Below are positions 1-10,738 of a stretch of DNA of 49,048 nucleotides, in pieces. Under the pieces are notes generated by a model. It was not told the DNA's origin and did no database searches. It saw only the letters and a list, made by a program, of their open reading frames with translations. The stretch is from Geosiphon pyriformis uo1 (lineage: Eukaryota; Fungi; Glomeromycota). The stretch is from NCBI GenBank assembly GCA_016748015.1, contig JAAOMT010000392.1, forward strand, positions 81,035 to 130,082. The letters run 5' to 3'. The translations under genes were made by a program, and so were the position numbers. Position 1 is the first letter of the stretch, and each line of letters starts with the position of its first letter.

Positions 1-1597
1 ACCAGATAAGATTTCACAAAATCTGAAACCAATCATAATCATTAAAACAAACATGTTAAATTAATTAATCAAAACAGTATATAAAAAATTAATACACATA
101 ATAAAAGCAATAGTAAAAATAAAAATTACTAACAACATTCATTTACTTGTACAATAATCTTTATAATTTATCTAACATCAAAAATCAAGTTTTAAAATTA
201 TTATTAACAAATAAACAATACAATATAAAGACAAAAAAGTAACTCAAAGATTCTAAAATAAAAAACAATATCCCAGATAATATACTTTTAGAAATACAGT
301 AGACAAAATAATAGAAAAAGTGGAAAAAACATTAAAAACTCCAAAAATATTAATACCAGATAAAAAATTTGTCTTAAAAAATTAGAACTAATAAATGCAA
401 CAAATTTTTAAGTACTTTTATTACTATCAATTAGAACAAAAATTAAACATTCAGAATTTATACACAAATAAAATTAAAAAAATATTTAATTTAACAATAG
501 TACAACAAATTAAACAAGTTATGAGAAAAAACAATTTACTTACATATATAAAAACTATTTACTGATTACAGATGAAATTTCAAAACTGGTTGGAAATACT
601 GCTATATCCAAAAATATGTACAGTAACTATTAACCAACTGAAAAAATTAAACAATATTCAATTTGAAAAATTACAAACCAGAATTACAAAAGCAATTATT
701 GAAAAAAAATTATAAAGCTAATCCAAAAAGAAGATTTAGAAAATTTTAACAAAGCTCAATATTAAAAAAAGAGAATAATATTACTCATAGAAAATTAGAA
801 ATTATAATAAATAAATAAAATAGCCAATTAGAAATAGGCATAATAAAAAAAAAATTTCAGAATTTCTTTTAAAAAATTGCAGAATTTTAAAATTCCAAAA
901 TTCCAGAATTTTTTTTAAAGAAATTAAAAGACTTTAAAGAATCTTGTATAACATAAATTATATATATATAATGAGAGTATTAAAAACAAGAAAGATAAAC
1001 AATTTAATTAGAAACAATTAATTATTTAATATTTCTTCTTTCAAAAAATAATTTGCTATAACTTAAAGTAAAATTATATTCATATTAATAAAAACATTTA
1101 TCATTACTTAATTAAAAAATATTAATCAATTTTACACTATCAATTCTTTATGTTGATAGAAGCCAATACTTAATTACATTGAATTAATAGTTCTTAATTA
1201 TGACTATTAACAGGATATTAATTTTTTATTTTTATTTTTTTATTTTTTATTTTTTTTATTTTTTTTTATTTTTTTTTTGTTGTTTATTAATTAATTAAAA
1301 GATTAAGCACTAAGTATTTAACATCAAAAATAATCTGATAAAAAACCCAAAAATAAGAATAAAAAATTTAAGAATAGTTTATCAAAAGAGCACAACTGCC
1401 AAAATAAACTGGCTACTATGTTGAAAAAAAAAATTCATAGAAAAAAATCATTAATTGAAACTTTGTCTATTATATAAAAAAGTCAATCAAAATTTTTAGA
1501 CTTAAAAATCTTCAGAAACTACTATTATCAACAACTATTAAGCACTAAGTTACAGATTTGTTATTTGTTCTAACACTTTAAATAATTACTTGTAACA
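1..1597 (+). mobile_element. 3' end of a heavily decayed Ty3/Gypsy element (integrase tail, ORF3 remnant, PPT, 3' LTR)
   Basis: Bases 12-50 (atttcacaaaatctgaaaccaatcataatcattaaaac) resemble the post-integrase segment at ~32380-32420. Bases 742-778 (aattttaacaaagctcaatattaaaaaaagagaataa) match the pre-PPT/PPT sequence at 39397-39432 and the reverse complement of 8685-8722. Confidence 0.7.
779..1597 (+). repeat. Decayed LTR (~820 bp)
   Basis: Starts TATTAC (TGTTAC with G>A) directly after a purine tract and ends TGTAACA. Its start resembles LTRs 32934/39433 (tagccaat..aatag). Its middle (1050-1380) aligns to the reverse complement of 20117-20510. Confidence 0.65.
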
Positions 1598-1674
1598 ATA
1601 TGATAATTGCCTATTTAACTAACCAATTAAATTTAAATATATAATTTGTTTTTTAAAATTATTGTTTATTTAGA

Positions 1675-3990
1675 TTTTTTTATTTTTTTTTATTTTAGTT
1701 TAATGAGTGCAGTCCAATTACTATTTAGTATACAGAATCAAAACTGTGGACTCTAGCTAGATGTGATTTACGTATTTTCTATATGTAACCAGCTACTCAA
1801 GTCAGTTCAGGCTATACTACATTGATGCACTAAAAAAAAACTTACCCAAAGATGACATTTTTTGAATGACAAGAAACAAAATTGCACTGCAAGAAACCAA
1901 TTCAACCAGCAATTTGGCTGTCTTCAAGGCATCAGCCTTAACATCAATAGTTTCATGTTCCCAAAGGAACATCAAGTTAAAAAACACTTCATTATCCAAA
2001 CCAACTGGGTGCTTTGAATTACCAGACATATTAATATTTTTCATGCAGCAATTTTTTTTTAAAAAAACCACTTTCCTTCCCAATTTACTAATAACTTTAC
2101 TAAAAAAATCTAAATGTACCATAATCTCATTGACCTTAAGACCAATTTTACTGCTTGAAACCAAATCCCCATTAATAAATTATTCAAACAATTTGACCAA
2201 AAAACCAACTGGTTTAACAATAAACTCAACCAAAACAGAAAGCTTGACCAAATCAAACTCCACAGAAGCCAACCAAAAAGACATTATGAGATCACCAACA
2301 ACCATAAAAAGAGAAATAGGAGCCATCAGAAGAAAAAACTCAGAAAAATCCAAGGAAGCAAAAGCTTTTGCATAAGAAACATTATTCACAAAATGTGGTT
2401 TAAACATCTTGGGAGTTTTGAGAGAAGAAGGTGGAGAAATCTTGCAGTCTACAACCAAATGGCCTATTTTTTGACATTTAAAGCAACACCAACAACCAGA
2501 GATTTTCCACCAAATATGGCATTTTCTTAAGGTACTAGTTTTGACAACTACAGATTTCAAATCAACTTGGGAACCAAATATAACCAGAGCAAACCAGGAA
2601 CAATAACCAGAATCAGATAAACAAGGAATGAAACAAGTCTGGCCACCAATCTGGAAGATCATATCACTAATCTTAAAGGCAGTACAACCAGAAGAGAGAT
2701 TGATCAACTTGGCTTTAAACTAATCACAAAACAAAATTGTCTTATTTTAATTGATAAGGAAAAGAATACGAACACTATCTTGTCCACCAAAATTAACAAG
2801 TGAGTAAGAGCAGAGGCAGCAGTATCCAATTCTTTGAAATAAACAATCACATATTGCCAAACACCAGCAGGCTTTAGCATAACATGAGAAACTTTACCAA
2901 AAACTTCAAAAGCTGACTTAATATCAGCAGCAGACATACTCAAAGGCACATCATGCAGTATAATAACAGCAGAAGAAGAAACAAACTCAGAAATTACCAA
3001 AAACTTGGTAATTTTAAGAGTAGCAAGGCAAACAAAACTTGTAAGCTCAATTAGAAACACAGCATTCAAAGAACTTTGGAAGGCAAACTCAACACAGAAG
3101 AGTTTTATATTGTTCTTAAAAACAGATTTTGCACCCAAAAAACCATATATAGACTGAAAAGCAGCCTTAACATAAGCCAATTTAATCTTAAAAGTAGCAC
3201 TAAGCACTAGACTGGAGGCCATCTACCCAGCAAACCTTTGATAATTAATAATAGTTTTCCAAGCACCACTAGTGGTAGCACCAGAAACCAGAGGAGAAGA
3301 TGATTCAGTTTCTATCTGGTCAGTTCAGTTTTTAAAAAAAGATGACTCAACAAAAGGAGATTGTTTTGCTTCTAAAACTGGTGATAATTTACCAGAAGAC
3401 ACCACATTTGGCAATACAGCCAGTGATTGATTTAGGCTTATCTTGAACAATATGCTAGATGATGCTATAGAAATCTCATCTAAGATTTTATTGGGAATTA
3501 CAAAAGGGTTCGGTGTAACAATAGCAGAGGCAAGTGATTGCCTTCACTTTTCTGAACTTTTGGTCTTTTTGATTATTTTTTTGAAGAAGTGGTGCTAACA
3601 GCACCAAGTATTGAATCTATAGAGAGAAAAATTAGCTTATTTACTGGTCTATTATTAAAAACTTTTGAACTCTTAATTGAGGTGGAGACAACACTAAGAC
3701 TAACCCAAATGTGTTTTTTTAAGGGAACTTTAACTGGTAAAAAACCAGCCAAAGATGAGAAAATTGCTTTATTGGTTACCAAAAACAGCTTATTACAATT
3801 ACTGAGTAAAGGGAAAGCTTCTAAAACATTCTGCTTAATTGCTTTTACAACAGAAAGAGCTTTTTTGGTTAAAATTTTATTAGATATCTCAGGACAGATA
3901 TTAGGTGCAGCTTTTTTACTTTTTGCTCTGGTCATGATCATAAAATTAAGGAAACAAAGAGTTTTTTTTTTTAAAAAATTTTCTAATTAA
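1675..3990 (-). mobile_element. ORF1-only non-autonomous LINE-like element (HAL1-like) with LINE 3' tail and A-rich end
   Basis: One broken ORF1-type frame runs directly into a stop codon, then the ~120-nt tail shared with the full LINEs, then an A-rich tract (T-run on + at ~1675-1697). No APE/RT/RNase H motif is seen. Confidence 0.75.
1817..3941 (-). pseudogene. LINE ORF1-like nucleic-acid-binding protein (RRM-like repeats, CCHC knuckle, helical C-terminal extension), disrupted
   Basis: Consecutive ORF fragments 3573-3941, 2704-3222, 2180-2707 and 1817-2164. RRM-like ILHDVPLSMSAADIKSAFEVFGKV..WQYVIVYF parallels IKRIPMNTPKEMIVAALAEFGKI..WQKAMVEF of ORF1 at 22379. Knuckle CFKCQKIGHLVVDC. Confidence 0.8.
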
Positions 3991-4486
3991 TGTTATAATT
4001 TTTTGCAAATTTTTAAAGATAAATATAAATTTTTTAATTTTTTAAAAAAATAATAGTTTTTTAAAATTATTTATTATAAAAATAATTTTTTAACAATTAT
4101 TAATAAATTAATATCTAAAATAAAATTTTTTTAATAAAAACTATTAGATTTAATTATTTAGATCTTAAAGCAATAAAATATAAAAATAAAAAAACTATTA
4201 TTTTATTTGTATTTATTTTTTTAGTTTTAAAGTATTTAATTAAAAGTATAAAAAAGCCTTACTTTTATTATTTGTTTTTTAATTAATATTAATATTTAAA
4301 AGAATTTTTATCTTTTTTGCAAAACTAGTTTTTATATTTTTAAATTATTTAATACAAATATTATCTAAAAGTATTTTTAAAATTAAATTTATTTTATTAT
4401 CTAAGTTTTTAATATTTTTAACCAAAACTTTAAATTTTTGTATAAAAATATTATTTATAAAACCATAAATAGTTCTATTTATTAAC

Positions 4487-7235
4487 TTTTTTTTTTTTTA
4501 ATATTTCAAATAAGACTCAAATGTTATCTAACATAATTTATTAAACTAAGAGATTTAAACTAAACACAAATCATGCACTTTCTACATGTAACCAGCTACT
4601 TGAACCAATTAGAGTAATATTATAAATTTATTTTAACTGACACTACACTATTAACACCAGAAAAAAAATCATAAGACTTAAAAAAACCAAGACAAATACT
4701 AAGCATCTCTGCTATTCTAAGCAACCTAACAACTTCAACAAAAAGTAAAAATAACAGACCATGAACTATGAGAAACACTGAGCTATCATGCAAAATCAAT
4801 CTTCTTTTTTCTATAAACATCATATTTAACTTCAACTAACTACACATTAGTATAGTGAGTGGTCTTTATATTTTAAACAAAATCAACAACACCTTTACTA
4901 GCTGATTCCACATTATTAAAAATGGTCACTGTCTTCAAAAACCAATCTTTGAACAAAAAGTTCTTACACAAAACAGTATATAAATTGTTATTAGAAGTGT
5001 ATAAAAAGATTATTTACAAGACCCAAAACAATGACAGACTTAAACCTAATATAATATACCACCAATCTAAATAAGATGTAAGCAGAAAATTACAAATTAC
5101 AGAGTCTATTTGGCATACAAAAAAATGATCAAAACTTTTTATCTTCTTATAATAAACATATAACATACTTGGATACTTTTTATTATACAATTGTTTTTAT
5201 TTAGCAATTAATAAATGATAGTATACAGTCTTCATAAAATATAAATGTAAACTGGTCATAGACTTACTTGTAAATTCAGTCATCATATAAGAGTCAAAAT
5301 GCCAAACAGAAGCAGTATAAGCCCAATTTACATTACTAATAAAGTCTGTATCAATAACACCAAAACCAGGTTTAATCTCTCAATATGTACAATAAACAGT
5401 TCTATAAATATTTTGAACAAAACAGTGAGTATTACCAAATACTGCCATTCTGCCAGCCCCAAAAAACCTATCACAAACCAGAACAAAAGCACCAAATCTG
5501 AACCAGCAGTCAAGCCAGTCAGCTTATCAGCATGCTTATTGTTTAAAATACCAGAATTTTTTTTGATTTTGCATCAAGAAATACTAAGCCTCTTATCCTT
5601 AATAAATGTTACAACTCTCTATTATTCTATCTAACACCAATTATGATAGTTAAGCAGAGCCAAAACTAACTTAGCAGCATAAGCATCTAAAACAGCTTGA
5701 TTGTTTGAATACACTAAAACTGAGCTGCTAGAAGGAACACACTTTAAAGCCAGAATGATTACTTGCAATTCTGCCAACATAGAGGATACCAACTTATTAA
5801 CACTAATGCCAACACCCAAACTCAAGTCAGAGAAATATGCAACTGCTTTACATTTTATCTCACATGTGTCCAAATTCCTTAGAGACTCATCTGTATAGAC
5901 ATTAATAACACTTAAACCAAAGGCAACAAGACTCTTTTTTATCTTAAAAATGCCACCAGAATTACATATGGACAAAAAATAGAAAAAAACAATAGATGAC
6001 TCAGCAGAAAAAGAGGACCAACTCAAAAAATCACATACTAAACTAAACCAGCCAAAGATTGGACTTCTTAGGTCAAGTCTTTTCTAATAGTGGAATCTTC
6101 TCTAATTGAAAATCAAACCCTTTCTGTTATATAATTAATTAATAAAAGCAACTTCAAATCTTTTAAATAAACATAAAACATTAAAAAACATCAAATCTCT
6201 CAAAACAAAAGACATCAGAATACTACCAGAAAAATGAAAAGCAGACAAAATAAAATTGTCCAAGAACATATTACAATTCAAGAAAATCTGAATCACACCA
6301 ACTAAAAAATTGTTAACCAGACTAATTTACAGCTTTATAAATTGATACAGCAGATAAACAGGAAACCAACTTATAATTTGCAGGTTCAAAGACCTATAAT
6401 TAAACAATCTACTAAGAATCTCACTAGCATTTAAGAAATCCAACACAGAAGCCACTTTGCATTTAGCTTGTAATTGTTTGAAAAACTTTAAATCATACAA
6501 TAAAAAATAATAAAGAGTTTTATTAGAAAAATCTCTTGACAAGCCAGTTTTTATTCTTAAACCCTTCCTAATCATCATATTCTACTTAACATACACACTC
6601 CTAAAGACAAAACTAAACTGAGTTCTGTAACTAATTATAAGTTGAAACACAGCTGAAACTAAATAAAAAAACTGCTTGTTTAAGATTGTTTTTCTTAAAA
6701 CCAAATTAACAAAAAACTTGATATTTGAATAAACCTTTGTTATACTTGGTTTGAATAAACTTTTAAAAAACAAAAAAATACTAAGATATCTATGAAACTT
6801 TTCTTTCTGGGCAACCAAAATCAGCAAACCACTAATTGATAATAAAACATCTTTGATCTGTTAATTAATAGAAATGACAACTGTTTTTTCATTATTAATT
6901 AAAATATCATTAACCTTAAAAAAGCTACTAGCAATGTCCAAAATGTACTGAGTGGCTGCTTGGCTGTTCCCAATCCAAATTGTGTTATTAACAAAAGTGC
7001 CAGTCACAAAAAAGAAAGTTATTCTATTTTGACTTTTCAAGCTGTCAGTCTTAGCAATGAACTTAATGTTAATATAATAACTACATAAAATTTCTTACTA
7101 TTTGACTTTACACAACAAAAAGTCATAAAATATTTTCCAAAGCAGAAAAAAAATTTTTATTCTGGTTCAGACCATTATGCACTCAGTATTCACTCATTAG
7201 ACCAAAATCAGTCATAATCCGATTGACTCTATTAC
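4487..7235 (-). mobile_element. 5'-truncated LINE (RT C-half, RNase H, CCHC, 3' tail, poly(A))
   Basis: Motifs on the minus strand: IMTDFGL (~7200), FVNNTIWIG (~6980), FHRYLSIFL (6800), VYTDESL..AELQVIILAL (5750-5900). Tail agtagctggttacatgtagaaagtgcatga at 4572-4601. T-run at 4487-4499. Confidence 0.88.
4620..7235 (-). pseudogene. LINE ORF2 remnant (reverse transcriptase/RNase H)
   Basis: ORF fragments 6582-6827, 6327-6578, 5631-6026 and 4620-4835 are collinear with ORF2 at 25650-28247, with many stops. Confidence 0.85.
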
Positions 7236-8125
7236 TAATTTATTTTAATTATAGTATTATTAATAATAGTTATTTAGTTTAAAACAAAAAAATTATTGTC
7301 TTGTAAAATATTAATAAAAATATAATAAAAACAGAAATTTTTTTTTAAAAATAGTTTTATTTGAAAATTTTTTTAAATTAAAAATATTATTAATATTATT
7401 GTTTTATTGTTTAAAAATTTATAAAATCTATAATATTTGTTTTTTAAAATAAATTTATATAATAAAAATAAAAATAACTAATTAAAAATTTTGTAAAATA
7501 TAAAGTTATTAAAACTTAAATATATAATATTTAAAATAAAAATTAAATTAGTATTTAAATAAAAAGTTGTTAAATACATAAATAAAATAAAAACAAATAG
7601 TTTTTTTAATTTATATAGTTTAATATAAGTTTAAATTACTGGTTACATATTTTAAGTTTTAATTAAATTATATTTAATTAATACATAAAAATAACATTAT
7701 TAACTTTGTTTTATTTACAAATTAAAATACATAAACTTTTATTTAATAAGTTTTAAAGTTAAATATAATATATAAAATAATAATAAAAATATATTTTAAT
7801 ACTAGCTTGATTTTTTTCAATTTTAATAGTATTAATTCTAATTTTTAAAACTTACAATTATTTTTATTTTAATATAATAAAACGAATTTTATTCAACATT
7901 AATAAACATATTAATGAAATATTGCACAATACAATAATTATTAAATAACAATTATATGATGTAGGCATACTGCAGGGGTTAAAAACTCTGATTATTGTTA
8001 TAATTTAACAATAACGGGGTTTGTTAAATTTATACTGATAAATCAAAGATCTGAAACGTCATTGACACGAACCAAACATATATTAGGCCATATCTTCCCA
8101 AACCATAACAAACACACAAAACACC

Positions 8126-8577
8126 ATGGCGAGTGTGGAAAAAATCAAACGTCAATTAGAAGACGCTAAGACCCAGTATGATAAATGCGAGGAGAAGCTG
8201 AAGGAAAAGGAGGAGAAGCTAGAAAAGTTAATGGAGGCTGAGAAGGAAGGAAGATGAGTTACGTGAAAAGGAAGATGAGTTACGTGAATTGAAGAAGAAT
8301 TTGAGACAAGAGAAGTACAAGAACGAAAACGAAAAGCATTGGTGGATAGAAGATATACAAGCGCTAGAAAAGCAAAAAGAAAAGCTAGAAAAGCAAAAAG
8401 AAAAGCTAGAAAAGCAAAAAGAAAAGCAAATAGAAAAGCTAGAAGAAGAAGTGAAGGAGCTAAAAGTAGAAAAGAACGAGTTAAAAGTAGACAAGAACGA
8501 GTTAAAAGTAGAAAAGAACGAGTGGAAGATGCAAATGCAAAAATTACAAAATACGTTGATGGAAGCAACTAAGACAG
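8126..8577 (+). CDS. N-terminal coiled-coil exon of the Crinkler-like gene; contains a +1 frameshift near 8231-8256
   Basis: acaccATGG start gives MASVEKIKRQLEDAKTQYDKCEEKLKEKEEKLEKLME, then TGA. The E/K-rich heptad sequence continues in the +1 frame (ORF 8289). A likely donor AG|GTAAC lies at 8578. Linkage to the 9448 ORF is inferred across gaps. Confidence 0.55.
8247..8523 (+). repeat. Three blocks of 21-bp (one-heptad) coding tandem repeats
   Basis: aaggaagatgagttacgtgaa x2; ctagaaaagcaaaaagaaaag x3; gag(c/t)taaaagtaga(a/c)aagaac x3. Confidence 0.9.
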
Positions 8578-8618
8578 GTAACTCGGGCGTTGGGAAATNN
8601 NNNNNNNNNNNNNNNNNN

Positions 8619-9427
8619 TATATTATGATTGAATAGTTTGTATTATTTTTATGATTCTTTTTGCTAAATTCTTAAACCGTAACATTATCCCCTCCTTTCA
8701 AGATTGAGCTCCGTTGAAATCGAAGTTAATTTCTTCATTAAATTCTAAGTTACTATAGTGGTTCAATACTGTGTTATTAATTTGTTGAAGTGAGTTCACA
8801 GTAGAGGGCGATTTCTGGGAAATTTAGAATTTCTTGTGGTGTTGACGCGTTTTCTAGCTCCGTTCCGAAGTATCCAATGATGGTATCTTCCGGAATGTAG
8901 ACGAGTTCTTCTGTGGTGTTTGCGATAGGAATTTTTATCCATTGAGCTTTATCAGCTGGAATAAAAAGGTTAGTAAGTCCTATGAGAAACTGTTGGCAAG
9001 TTTCTGGGTAGGGCTCAAATATTAGGTCTTTTTCTTTAATTGTCCTTTTTATTCTTATTTCTGATTTTCCATATGGTAGGAGCGTGATGGACCGCTCATT
9101 TTTAATTACTTCGCCTTTTTCCTCTATTGTTTCAGCGAAATTCGCTTTAATTCCTTTTCCTGTCGATCCGAAACCAAAAGTTCCTCTCGTTGTTTGTGAC
9201 AATTCCTCACGATTTTCCACTGGCACGAATTTCCCAATTTTTACCAATGGTAGGAAAATTGCTTGTGCAATCTTTTCCTTAGATTCAATGGTATAAGGCT
9301 TTTCTGAATTGTTCTGTAGCAAAACCATCAAATTTCCAGTGTATCCGGAGTCAATTACTCCTCCTTGAACGCTTATTCCTTTTTTCGCGAGGCTTGATCG
9401 CGACGCCATTTGAACCATTATTCCTGG
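8619..9427 (-). mobile_element. Young internally deleted Gypsy derivative: dUTPase region joined to 3' end, PPT and start of 3' LTR
   Basis: The reverse complement reads dUTPase + spacer domain (homologous to 37400-37940). Next is a segment matching 39329-39432, then PPT GAAAGGAGGGGATAA (8685-8699), then LTR start TGTTACGGTTTAAGAATTT at 8684. The contig is bounded by N-gaps. Confidence 0.88.
8777..9427 (-). CDS. Retrotransposon-borne dUTPase (motifs 2-5) plus downstream beta-rich domain; 5' part lost in gap
   Basis: RSSLA (motif 2), GVIDSGYTG (motif 3), KIAQAI (motif 4), RGTFGFGSTG (motif 5). Frame is open with no internal stops. Confidence 0.9.
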   Translation of the reverse strand, partial: PGIMVQMASRSSLAKKGISVQGGVIDSGYTGNLMVLLQNNSEKPYTIESKEKIAQAIFLPLVKIGKFVPVENREELSQTTRGTFGFGSTGKGIKANFAETIEEKGEVIKNERSITLLPYGKSEIRIKRTIKEKDLIFEPYPETCQQFLIGLTNLFIPADKAQWIKIPIANTTEELVYIPEDTIIGYFGTELENASTPQEILNFPEIALYCELTSTN

Positions 9428-9447
9428 NNNNNNNNNNNNNNNNNNNN

Positions 9448-10673
9448 GACGACCTTTGTGGGGTGCGGCTTTGAGGAGTGCTGCCAAACTCAATGAACTT
9501 ATGAAACTAGCACGACAAAAACTCTTGGGTGGAGGTATAACCGCGTATGATTGGCTTAACAAACCAACTTTAGCTTCTGGTCTCGCTATTTTATCTTCTC
9601 GCATCTCACTTGATGTCACAGCTGAGTCTCGCATTGCTTCGGAATTAGTTGCCGGATTCATGGGGATATGCGTTCACGTTTCAGAGGATCGGCATAAACT
9701 ATTGGCATTCTATCCGTCTGAACCGATACTTGCTGAGGCTGCAGCATTGCTTATGAAAGACCAGAATGTGTTGAGAAAACTACTCCACTTTCTACTAGAT
9801 GCATTACACACTGGTTATATAGAACCTGGCTATCGTGGAGAGTTGGTCGCCCGTTTACTTTTAATGATCGCTTGGGATCATGCTACTAGAGATAGAGATA
9901 TATCACCACACTTGGGAAATCTAGGATATTCGAAGGAGTTTGTTTCACGCCCAATTAGAGTGAAGGAGTTTTTGATATCTCTTTTCGGGCAGGAGAACTA
10001 TGACGAACATATTCAAAGTTTCCCTCAAAAGTTGGCTAATGGTTTACTTGCATTTACACACTTCATTCCGGTTACTTACACCCCAAACCAGACACAATTG
10101 AGAACTCTATTCATTCGCTTCGCAGCTGTGATATGTAAACGTAACCAAGCAGGAGTTGATTTGATAATTCCAGTTTTGTTGGATTGGGATGGATCTAGTC
10201 CTATTTCAGTTGATTCAATGTCTTACTTTCTAATTCAAGTCAAGAATTGGAGTAAGGTTTACGATGCTCATTGGCCTTCATCAGCCACAAGTAAACTCTC
10301 GAGGGAGTTTGTCTATAAAGGTAAAACTACAGAGGAAAACCAAAATCCCTACCTGTCTCTATATCTTCAGCTGGGTGCTCCAGAGCCAGCTTTGGAATCA
10401 TTTTATATCGAGAGCTTTCCAGCCTTTAACACAAAGTTACAAAAGAAGACACGACTTGAAGCAGAGAAAGCAGGAAAAGCAAAGACACAATATTGTATAT
10501 CTGGATTAGGGTTGGATAAGATTTTGTATCGTTGCCTGGATAAATTGAGTGATGATGATATTAGTATTTTGAAACAGCTTTTGTGTGCATGGCCTGATCC
10601 TTTAAATTTGGCTAAACATGAAAATGTTAAGTCACTATTGCGATCAATGATGCCACTTGTGTATGAAAAATAA
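9448..10673 (+). CDS. C-terminal part of a Crinkler-type (CR-NTPase + restriction-endonuclease-fold) protein
   Basis: Intact frame of >400 codons with GRPLW, YPSEPILAEAA, GYRGELVARLLL, FTHF, NQAGVDLIIPV and IQVKN. The E...D...QxK pattern fits a PD-(D/E)xK-like nuclease. CpG content is normal. The P-loop region is not visible (gap). Confidence 0.75.
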
Positions 10674-10738
10674 AAATGACATGATTTTTTATTAGATTAA
10701 CAATTCAATATTTTAGATTAATTAATTGAACAATATAT

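Noticed and set aside
1866-2375. Plus-strand ORFs opposite TE genes (e.g. 1866, 3589, 5299, 46669)
   Set aside because: These are antisense shadows with no recognisable motifs.
7972-8035. CAGGGGTT possible transposon TIR and small aatttaacaa/ttgttaaatt inverted repeat upstream of the host gene
   Set aside because: No matching inverted terminus was found downstream, and a short AT-rich dyad is expected by chance.
8152-8572. Hydrophobic or basic repetitive ORFs (8152-8568, 8228-8494, 8339-8572)
   Set aside because: These are antisense or alternate-frame shadows of the E/K coiled-coil repeats.
8575-8598. GNSGVGK resembling a Walker A motif at the end of ORF 8289
   Set aside because: There is no preceding hydrophobic strand, it coincides with a good AG|GTAAC splice donor, and it runs into a gap. 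Probably intron read-through, though not excluded.
8777-9661. 294-aa ORF as a single dUTPase gene
   Set aside because: It is a chimera across an N-gap. The first ~70 aa are the antisense of the Crinkler-like ORF.
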